DNA of 64,000 bases from an uncultured candidatus Porisulfidus sp. (GTDB lineage Bacteria; Pseudomonadota; Gammaproteobacteria; Poriferisulfidales; Poriferisulfidaceae), in NCBI GenBank assembly GCA_965116025.1, contig OZ220480.1:768001-832000 (forward strand), in the 5' to 3' direction. A program made the position numbers and the translations under genes. The notes under the pieces are model-generated. The model did not search any database. It saw nothing but the letters and a program-made list of their open reading frames with translations, and was not told the origin of the DNA. Positions 32,823 to 40,939 of this stretch are shown piece by piece; position 1 is the first letter of the stretch, and the number at the start of each line of letters is the position of its first letter.

Positions 32823-33929
32823 ATGAGCGTCGCCGAGCAATGGCCCAACACAGAGCGCCGCCTCCTTCGCGAGGCGGATTCCTTAGGGGCGTTGCTGGAA
32901 CGGCTTCGAAAGCATGTCTCGCCCGTATTGATTGGCGACGAGGAGTGGGCCGGCGTGCTGGAGCGCGCTTATGAGTTGCCCGTGACGATGGCAGCCTTCC
33001 CTTTCGGCTTCGAGATTCCGTTAAGCGATTCTCGACCGAGAGCGGATCTGGGAGTCTCGCTCGTCGGCGGCAGTCAGTCGGCGGAATTTTTCGAGACGAG
33101 GGAGAAACTCGAGGATCGCGATCCGTCAGCCTCGGGCATCGCTTGGTTGCTACGCGAGATGAAGCCGGAAGACTCCCCATTGCGTCGCGTCGTCGGCCAG
33201 AAGATGCTGCTGGAATACGACATCGACAGGATGCCGGACGGGACGCCTCCGTCTCCAGGCGTCTTTCTGTATCCCGACGAGCGAGTTCTGGCTGGTGACG
33301 GCTCCGACCGGAATCTCCAAGGCTTGAGGACGGTGGCCGACGCCGTGGCTTCCGCGACGGGCCGGGAATTGAGCGAAGCCGAGCGTCGACGAATCGATCA
33401 GGTGTATCTGGCGATGAGGCCAGACACGGAAATGCGAGCGATCGGCGCCTTCCCGTCACGCGCGAAAGCCACTCGATTGACGGCCACGGGATTCCAGAAA
33501 GCCGAGGATGTCGCGGGGTTTCTGGAGCGCGCGAACTGGCCTGGACGGCGCGCGCTGGCGGCATCGACCATATCACGTTTCGAGCGCCGCGAGGCGTTTT
33601 CCTATATGGGAATCCACTGCGACGTGACGGAAAATGGCGTGGGCTCAAATCTCGGAGTAAGTTTTTTCGCCCAGGAAGGGCAGTGGCTCAAGGACATTCG
33701 GCATTGGACCCCTCTCATCGATGGCCTGCTCGCGGAGCGATTCTCGATCCCAGAGAAGTTGCCTGAGTTGTTCGCTTGGTCCGGCTCGACGGCTTTCTCC
33801 GGCGAATCTGGCTCGTTCGCGCTCGTGCGCGGCATCCACCACATCAAGCTGACGCTGGTCGATGATCGGGTCGAGCGCGTCAAGGCGTACGTTTTCTTCC
33901 TGATCTTCGCTTGGCCTTTGACCCAATAA
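32823..33929 (+). CDS. Hypothetical RiPP-cluster protein (possibly ABBA prenyltransferase-like fold)
   Basis: Intact 368-aa ORF directly after ycaO; FGFE, LEYD, HHIKL...KAY pattern. Confidence 0.6.
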   Translation: MSVAEQWPNTERRLLREADSLGALLERLRKHVSPVLIGDEEWAGVLERAYELPVTMAAFPFGFEIPLSDSRPRADLGVSLVGGSQSAEFFETREKLEDRDPSASGIAWLLREMKPEDSPLRRVVGQKMLLEYDIDRMPDGTPPSPGVFLYPDERVLAGDGSDRNLQGLRTVADAVASATGRELSEAERRRIDQVYLAMRPDTEMRAIGAFPSRAKATRLTATGFQKAEDVAGFLERANWPGRRALAASTISRFERREAFSYMGIHCDVTENGVGSNLGVSFFAQEGQWLKDIRHWTPLIDGLLAERFSIPEKLPELFAWSGSTAFSGESGSFALVRGIHHIKLTLVDDRVERVKAYVFFLIFAWPLTQ

Positions 33930-34203
33930 GCGGGAACCCTTTCGAGAAACGCCCACGCGCGACAGGATCTTTACGGCCTCGCTGTCCACGCTCCTCGCGT
34001 TTTGAGGCGAGGCGGGCGAGCGTGTTGCCCTCGACCTCATGGGTGAGAACCAAAGAGACGGGCGGCCAAAGCACCCATTTCCCGGGGACAGCACCGAACA
34101 AGGCTTTCGGAGGCTGCCCGCGGCGTGAGCCGCAATGCTGTCCATGACGGATTGTATCGCACAGCCTCGCTCCTGACTTCGACGGTCCAATCGGTTTTCC
34201 CGT

Positions 34204-36100
34204 GTGCGCAACGAATTGGATCACGCGGAAGCCCTTCCTTCATATGTCATGCGCTCGCGTTCACGGCGGGCGTGGTCACGATTCGAGCGGCGGGTCGGGT
34301 GTGCCGCCCTAGAATTGGTGAATCCCACAGGGCGAAGGCGGGGCGTGAGGCGAACCCGCCGCCTGGACGACGAGCGCCGGCGGCTCGCCGCCGCCGGAAC
34401 GCTGGCCGAGGCCGCGCCCCGCTTCGACCGCCCGGCCCGCTCGGTCGCCGGCGGCGGCGTCCTCGCCGCCCTTCCCGCCCTGCTCCGGGAAGGACTGCTG
34501 GAGCCCGCCCGCCGCATGCTCCGCCTGCCCGACGGCTACTACGGACTGTCCGCCGTCCTGCTCACCTGCGCTTTCCTGACCCTCTCCCGCGCCCGCGCCC
34601 CCGAGGCCCTGCGCCACCAGGCGCCCGGAGAGTGGGGCCTCCCGCTCGGGCTCGACCGCTGCCCCGAGGTCAAGACCCTGCGCCAGAAGACGGCCCTGAT
34701 CGCCGATGCCGAGGAGACCGTCCACGCTTGGCAGAGCGCCTTGGCGCGCGCCTGGATGGAGGACGAGCGCGACGACTGGATGACCTTGGCCGTGGACGGC
34801 CACGTCAAGGTCTACCACGGACGAAAGGGGCGCTTGCCCAAGGGCTTCGTCTCGCGCCAGAAGCTGTGTCTGCCGGCGTCCGCCAGCTACTGGGTCAACG
34901 TCCTTGGCGGCAAGCCCCTGCTGTGCCTGCATAAGAAGCTGGACCCGAAGCTGACGCGCGCCCTGGAGGAGGACGTCCTGCCCGAGCTGGAGCGGATGGG
35001 GCGGGTGCCGGCGGACGCGCCGGACCTGCGCCAGGGCGGGCGCCCCGTGGCCACCCTGGTGTTCGACCGCGAGGGCTGGAGCCCGCAGCTGTTCGCGCGC
35101 CTGGCGCGCCGCGGCGTCGCCTGCGTGACGTGGCGCAAGGGCTCCCGGGAAGACGACTGGCCGCGCGCGGAGTTCCGCTCCCGCGCGGTTCCGGTTCACG
35201 GCCCGGTCGGGAGGGGCGGCTCGCTGACCGTCTCGCTGGCCGAACGCCGGGTCGAGCTGCGCGACGGCCTTCAGGTTCGGGAGATCCGCCGCCTGCTGGA
35301 GAGCGGGCGGCAGGCGGCGCTGATCACGACCCATCCGGACATGCCGACCGAGGAGGTCGCCGGCGCCATGTTCTCGCGCTGGTCGCAAGAGAACTTCTTC
35401 AAGTACATGCGCGAGGAGTTCCGGCTCGACGCCTTGCCGGAGCATGCCGTGGAGCCGCTCGACCCGGAGACCCGGGTGGTCAATCCCGAGCGGCGGGAGG
35501 CGCGGAAAGAAGTCGAGCGCATCAAGCGGAGGCTTCAGTCCGTCGAGACGCGGGTCCGCGGGAAGCGCGCGAAGGGAATGGACGCGACCGGGCTTGAGGC
35601 CGAGGCGCGCGCGCTTCGGAAGCGTCTTGAGGAAGAGACGCTCCGCCGCGACCGGCTACCCGCCCACGTGCGCGCCGGGGAGCTCCGTGAACTCTCCCTG
35701 TAGGCGTTTCCTCATTTCGCCCGCCCACGTGCGCGCCGGGGAGCTCCCGAAGGAGCGGCGGCTCGACGCCTTGCCGGTCGCCCGGCGCCTGTTCGCCGAT
35801 CTCATCCGCATGATCTGCTACCGCGCCGAGACCCGCATGATGGCGGCCTCGGTCGCGGCGCCGGGGCGGAAGCCCCTGACGCGCAAAGCGCTCGCCGCCC
35901 TGATGCGGGCCGACGCCCATCTCCGGCCCGACCCGGAGCGCGGCGTCCTTGAGGTCGAGTTGCTCGGCTTCGCCAACGCCGCCGCCGAGCGAGCCCTCCG
36001 CCCGCTGCTCGACGAGCTCAATCGAACCGAAACCCGCTACCCCGGAACCGACCTCCGGCTCGTCTATCGCGTCGCCGACGAACCGTCCGAAGAGCGATAA
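34204..36100 (+). pseudogene. DDE transposase interrupted by a 61-bp insertion
   Basis: GLDRCPEVKTLR, AVDGHVKVYHG, VFDREGWSP, MFSRWSQENFFKYM; two frames (34204-35703 and end of 35444-36100) rejoin exactly if 61 bp are removed. Confidence 0.85.
35659..35747 (+). CRISPR. Orphan repeat-spacer-repeat unit (28+33+28 bp), candidate off-target type I-E spacer integration
   Basis: Identical CCCGCCCACGTGCGCGCCGGGGAGCTCC at 35659-35686 and 35720-35747 around GTGAACTCTCCCTGTAGGCGTTTCCTCATTTCG; the duplication is directly visible, the CRISPR origin is inferred. Confidence 0.55.
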
Positions 36101-36206
36101 CGCGTCATCCTATAATGCACTAGGTCAGGATGTCTGAAATGAGGGCGTGTAAGATAAATTACACGGGCGCGGCTCGCGCAACGAAATTGTCAAGGAGGAT
36201 GACGGC

Positions 36207-37643
36207 ATGGCTAGAACGATATGGATAAAAGGCGTGAAGTACACGGTCGGATATTCAACTAAGGGAACAGAAGGGGATGACGAGTTCGATGCGGGAGCAG
36301 CGTACTTCGTTTTTGGCTACGGCGGCGATGACATTATCTATGGTAGGTACAACGATTATATATGGGGGGGCGAAGGCAACGATACGATTTACGCGGCGGG
36401 CAAGTCTCAAAAGCCTTTAGGGACGAGTACTTACGATGCTGGAGGCGTGATATCTGGCGGTAATGGCAATGACAAACTTTACGGGGGGAGTTCCATAACT
36501 GGCGGGCCGGGGAACGACCTGATGCGGAGTTACGATTCATCTGCCAAGATGAGCGGCGGTGAAGGTGATGACACGATGCATGGCGGTAAAGGCGATGACA
36601 CGATGCATGGCGGTGAAGGTAAAGACACGATGAAGGGTGGCCTAGGCGATGACACGATGAATGGCGGCAAGGGCAAAGACTGGATGAAGGGCGGTGAAGG
36701 CAACGACCAGATGCAGGGCGGTGAAGGTAAAGACATAATCTTCGGCGGTGCGGGCGATGACCTGATCTTCGGAGATCGTATGCTAATCAAGACCATGTCG
36801 GTAGGCAGACCGAGCGAGTGGCAACATAGAGATGTCATATATAGAAACTTCAGCGAAAAAATCGGGGAGTGGATATACGAAGACGAGAAGTGGATATACG
36901 AAGAAGGGGAGTTTAGACACCAAGACGGATCAACACCGCTCCCTGAAGGGATGCATCGAATCTACGAAGGGGGAAATTACCCATACCCGAAACAGCCCGA
37001 TGGTGCGGCTGATATCCTGCATGGCGGTAAAGGCAATGACACGATGATTGGCGGCCCAGGCGCCGACACGATGAATGGCGGTAAAGGCGAGGACACGATG
37101 AATGGCGGCCCAGGTGCCGACACGATGAATGGCGGCAAGGGCAATGACCGGATGGAAGGCGGCCTAGGCGATGACACGATGGATGGCGGCGCGGGCAAAG
37201 ACCGGATGGATGGCGGCCTAGGCGATGACACGATGGATGGCGGCGCGGGCAATGACCGGATGGAAGGCGGCCTAGGCGATGACACGATGGATGGCGGCGC
37301 GGGCAATGACCGGATGGAAGGCGGCCTAGGCGATGACACGATGGATGGCGGCGCGGGCAATGACACGCTATTTGGCGGCAAGGGCGATGATCGCTTTGTC
37401 TTCGGCCCGAATAGTGGACACGATACGATTTATGATTATGAAGACAAGGAAATGATCGTGTTCGCGTCCGAGTTGGGCTTGAGTTTTGAGGACTTGATAA
37501 TCAAGGATGAAACAGACCCTATCTACCAGGGAGCGGCAGAGCCTTTTGTAAGAATAACCGGCTCGCATGCAAATGACTGGAGCGTGACGCTGGTCGGCGT
37601 AGCTTCGGACTTGACCGAATCGGACTTTGATTTTCTAGGATGA
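36207..37643 (+). CDS. RTX-repeat calcium-binding protein
   Basis: Two blocks of GGxGxDxMx nonamers; AAGGAGG SD; C-terminus DLTESDFDFLG. Confidence 0.88.
   Translation: MARTIWIKGVKYTVGYSTKGTEGDDEFDAGAAYFVFGYGGDDIIYGRYNDYIWGGEGNDTIYAAGKSQKPLGTSTYDAGGVISGGNGNDKLYGGSSITGGPGNDLMRSYDSSAKMSGGEGDDTMHGGKGDDTMHGGEGKDTMKGGLGDDTMNGGKGKDWMKGGEGNDQMQGGEGKDIIFGGAGDDLIFGDRMLIKTMSVGRPSEWQHRDVIYRNFSEKIGEWIYEDEKWIYEEGEFRHQDGSTPLPEGMHRIYEGGNYPYPKQPDGAADILHGGKGNDTMIGGPGADTMNGGKGEDTMNGGPGADTMNGGKGNDRMEGGLGDDTMDGGAGKDRMDGGLGDDTMDGGAGNDRMEGGLGDDTMDGGAGNDRMEGGLGDDTMDGGAGNDTLFGGKGDDRFVFGPNSGHDTIYDYEDKEMIVFASELGLSFEDLIIKDETDPIYQGAAEPFVRITGSHANDWSVTLVGVASDLTESDFDFLG
37018..37395 (+). repeat. 27/54-bp tandem RTX repeat block
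   Basis: Near-identical ggcggcctaggcgatgacacgatggatggcggcgcgggcaatgaccggatgga units. Confidence 0.85.
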
Positions 37644-37957
37644 GGCTCGCGCTGTTCGCGCTGGCGTTCTGTCTCGCGGGGAGCGCGGCGGCGGCGCCAC
37701 CGGAGTTTTGCCGCCAGCACGAGTTTGGCGACAGCCGACCCTATTTTGAATACGCCATGGGCTTCTTTTGGGGGCGTAAAGCAGGATGGGACGTTACTAG
37801 GAATATCGAGTATTGGAACCTATTTGTGGCTACATTTGATTCTGACTTAAAGGACGAGGACGGCATGACAAGGAATGGAGACGCTTGCACACTGCTTGGA
37901 AGGATGGACGGCTTTGTACAAGGATGGCGCGACCGCAAGGAGTTGCTAGGCGAATAG
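37640..37957 (+). CDS. Small secreted hypothetical protein
   Basis: Signal-peptide-like MRLALFALAFCLAGSAAAA; ATGA overlap with the RTX stop; two Cys in the mature part. Confidence 0.6.
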   Translation: MRLALFALAFCLAGSAAAAPPEFCRQHEFGDSRPYFEYAMGFFWGRKAGWDVTRNIEYWNLFVATFDSDLKDEDGMTRNGDACTLLGRMDGFVQGWRDRKELLGE

Positions 37958-38132
37958 CCCGGAAGTGGAAATTCCGCCCTAGTGGAAAGTGGAAATCGCG
38001 CCCTAGCGTCGGGTGCCCTGTCGGCTTGATTGATGCCCCGTGTAGTGGTGCGCGGCGGGCCTGGGATATGCAAACATTTTTGATTGGCTCGAAAGTGGAG
38101 CGGGGGTGGGGAATTGGCTCGCGGCTACGCTA

Positions 38133-38161
38133 TTGACTGATAGGCCGCGAGCGTCTAGGAT
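38133..38161 (+). promoter_or_regulatory. Candidate promoter TTGACT-N17-TAGGAT before a small ORF (ATG 38169) and the terminase relic
   Basis: Hexamers at 38133-38138 and 38156-38161. Confidence 0.4.
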
Positions 38162-38545
38162 GGCGGGCATGGCAACGATTGACATTCGCATACCTGGTTC
38201 CACCGCGCTATCGAGCCTCGCGGAGAATGGGCTGGGCTTCACCCCGTCGGGAGGGAGGCCGCGCAAGAGCGCGGACGGGCGCGTTAGCGTCCAGCGTCTG
38301 AGATACCGATCTCAGACGCCATGGCGACATCACGCCTAAAAGGACTTGCCCGCGACACGGCGGGCTGGATAGAGACCCTCGAAGTACCTGAAGGCCCCGG
38401 ACGCGGGGAGCGGGTCACTTTACGCGCTTGGCAGCGCGAGTTCCTACGCGGGGCACTCGCGCCCGACACTCGGATAGCCGCCGTGAGCATGGCTCGCGGA
38501 GCGGGCAAGAGTACGACCTGCGCGGCATTGGCCGCCGCCGCCCTA

Positions 38546-39710
38546 GTGTAGTGTAATCTAATTAGAGATATTTATACTTGCTTGGCGCGGAGGGGCGCCA
38601 GCTTGTCCAGGATCTGCTCGGGCGTCTTGCTCCACGAGAACGGCTTCGGGTCGGCGTTGTGATGATCCAGAAAATCGTGGATCGCCCGGGTCAGCTCCCG
38701 CACGCTTCGGAACACCCCCCGCCGCACGCGCCGCTCCGTCAGCTCCCGGAAGAACCGCTCCACCAGGTTCAGCCAGGACGCCGAGGTCGGCGTGAAGTGG
38801 ACGTGGAAACGCGGCCGCCGCGCGAACCATTCCCTCACCTTGCGATGCTTGTGGGTGGCGTAGTTGTCCACGATCAGGTGGACCTCCAGCTCCTTCGGGA
38901 CATGCCCGTCGATCTCCCGCAGGAAGCGCAGGAACTCGACATGCCGATGGCGCTGGTAGCAACGCCCGAGCACCGTGCCGTCCACGGCGTTCAGGGCCGC
39001 GAACAAGGTGGTGGTCCCGTGCCGCTTGTAGTCGTGCGTCATGGTTCCGGCGCGCCCCTTCTTCATCGGCAATCCGGGCTGGGTGCGATCCAGCGCCTGG
39101 ATCTGCGACTTCTCGTCGACGCACAGGACCAAGGCATGCTCAGGCGGGTCCAGATACAGCCCGACGACGTCGCGCAGCTTCTCGACGAAGCGCTCGTCGG
39201 TGGACAGCTTGAACGTTTGGACCAGATGCGGCTTCAGCCCGTGCGCGCGCCAGATCTTGTGAACGGTGGCGTGGCTCACCCCGGCGTGCTGAGCCATGCC
39301 ACGGGTCGACCAATGCGTGGCCTGTTCGGGAGCGTCATGCAGGGTGTCCTCGACGATGCGCTTGACCACGTCGTCGCCGTAGGTCCGCTTGCGCCCTCGC
39401 CCAGGACGGTCGGACAGCCCGGCCAGGCGCCGCTCGGCGAAGCGGTTCCTCCACTTCGCCACCGTGCTGGCGCTCGCGTCCAGTTGATCGGCGATGTCGA
39501 TGGTGCGCCGGCCCTCGGCGGCGAGCAGCACGACGCGAGCGCGAAACGCGTCGCGAACGCTGGAGAGGCTCGAGCGAGCCGTCTCGCTCAGGGCGGCGAG
39601 CTCCTCGGCGCTGAGCTCGATGGGAATGGCGCGGCGCATGCGATTCTCCTCCTGATCGCGGCAATCCGGCGAAGTGTAGCATAAATATATATTATTGACG
39701 TACACTACAC
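38546..39710 (-). mobile_element. Complete IS630-family insertion sequence (1165 bp)
   Basis: Terminal inverted repeats GTGTAGTGTA...TACACTACAC with further shared ATATTTAT; TA duplication at 38544-38545 and 39711-39712. Confidence 0.93.
38572..39639 (-). CDS. IS630-family transposase
   Basis: LCVDEKSQIQAL, THDYKRHGTTTLFAAL, IVDNYATHK, SWLNLVERFF. Confidence 0.96.
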   Translation of the reverse strand: MRRAIPIELSAEELAALSETARSSLSSVRDAFRARVVLLAAEGRRTIDIADQLDASASTVAKWRNRFAERRLAGLSDRPGRGRKRTYGDDVVKRIVEDTLHDAPEQATHWSTRGMAQHAGVSHATVHKIWRAHGLKPHLVQTFKLSTDERFVEKLRDVVGLYLDPPEHALVLCVDEKSQIQALDRTQPGLPMKKGRAGTMTHDYKRHGTTTLFAALNAVDGTVLGRCYQRHRHVEFLRFLREIDGHVPKELEVHLIVDNYATHKHRKVREWFARRPRFHVHFTPTSASWLNLVERFFRELTERRVRRGVFRSVRELTRAIHDFLDHHNADPKPFSWSKTPEQILDKLAPLRAKQV

Positions 39711-40734
39711 TAGTTGGGCCGCTCGCTCAGTCCTGATCGAGCGTCCTGGTGGTGGCGGCCAGTTTCGCGCAGGCCGTCCGAACGGGCGGGCTGGCGCGCG
39801 ATTTCTTGGCGCCGTTCATCGAGCGCGACCGGAAGGCGTGGCGCATCCAGGACAGCGCCAACAGGTTCGAGCTGGAGTATTTGCCCGCCGGCATTCGCCT
39901 GCGGTGTTGCGGAACGAATCCCCGGACGCTTCACGGGCTGGCCCCGGCCCTGTCGATCCTTGATGAGGCCGCCCAGTGGCAGGTCAACGAGAGCGAGCGG
40001 CTGTGGAACGCGATCTTGACCGCGAGCGGCAAGCAGGGGGCTAGCCGCATTCTGGCCATATCGACGGCGCCGACCCGTCGGGATCATTGGATGTCGCGCC
40101 TGCTCCGCGAGGGCGGGCCGGGGATCTGGACGCGGCTGTATCAGGCGAAGGATGACGCGCTGACCTGGGCGAACGTGAAGCGGGCCAATCCCGGCCTGTC
40201 GAGCGCTCCGACGCTGGCCGCCGCGATCCGCGCGGAGCTGGAACACGCCCGGCGGGATGAGGCGTCGGCGCATGGCTTCCGGGCGTACCGGCTGAATCTC
40301 GGAACCAGCGAGCAGGGGCGGCAATTTCTGATCGACGCGAACACGTGGGCGGCGTTGCCGCTCGGCTCGGAGCGCGAGGGGGAGCCGATCTGGGGCGTGG
40401 ACATGGGCGGGGGGCAATCTTGGAGCGCCTGCGCGGCGTACTGGCCGGACACGGGCTTGCTCGATTGCATGGCGGTGGTCGGCTCCGACCCGACGCTGGA
40501 CGCGCGGGAGCGGGCCGACCGGGTGGAGTCCGGACTCTACCTGACCATGCGCCGCCGGGGGGAGCTGGCGATCATCGAGGGCAAGCGCGTTCCCGACCCG
40601 CTCGACCTGCTCCGGCTCGCGCTGGAGCGCTACGGGGAGCCGCAGGCGATCGTGGCGGATCGCTACCGCTTGCAGGAGCTGGCGGACGCGGTGGACGCGC
40701 TCGGACTTCGCCCGGCTCCGGTGAAGCGGGGGAT

Positions 40735-40758
40735 GGGGGGGGGGGGGGGGGGGGGGGG
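40735..40758 (+). repeat. G24 homopolymer at the terminase/IS-remnant junction
   Basis: 24 consecutive G. Confidence 0.85.
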
Positions 40759-40939
40759 ACTAAGGCCGATCTTCTCGGGGAGCTCCTCAAGGAGCGTGTC
40801 GCGTCCAGCTGGGGGCAGGTCAAGCCCCACGGCGTCAAGCGAAAGGCGAGTTCCTACCTTATTCAGGCGCATGGGCATCTGTCCCGCCAGGTCCGCGACT
40901 GGACCCCCCAATTATGCCCAATTCCGTCTTAAAGCAACA
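40759..40939 (+). mobile_element. Probable IS4-family 3' end remnant
   Basis: ELLKERVASSWGQVKPHGVKRKASSY resembles IS4 Tnp C-termini (R..PR.VKR..S.Y), followed by CTTAAAGCAACAGTAT, similar to IS4-type ends. Confidence 0.45.

Larger units (their letters stand above)
38321..40758 (+). pseudogene. Phage terminase large subunit, split by IS630, with internal stop and 3' truncation
   Basis: LRAWQ...SMARGAGKST (Walker A), SILDEAAQW (Walker B), WGVDMGG and IVADRYR (nuclease); in-frame TGA at 39734-39736; ends at the G24 tract. Confidence 0.8.

Noticed and set aside
36555-37395. Regular short repeats that could mimic a CRISPR array (also 20365-20725)
   Set aside because: The period is 27/54 bp with no unique spacers, and they encode in-frame RTX nonapeptides.
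37959-38007. Imperfect ~24-bp tandem duplication (ggaagtggaaattccgccctag / ggaaagtggaaatcgcgccctag)
   Set aside because: Only two degenerate copies with no spacer; could be operator sites, but there is no supporting evidence.
38321-40758. Intact prophage
   Set aside because: Only a disrupted terminase is present; no portal, capsid, tail or integrase genes.
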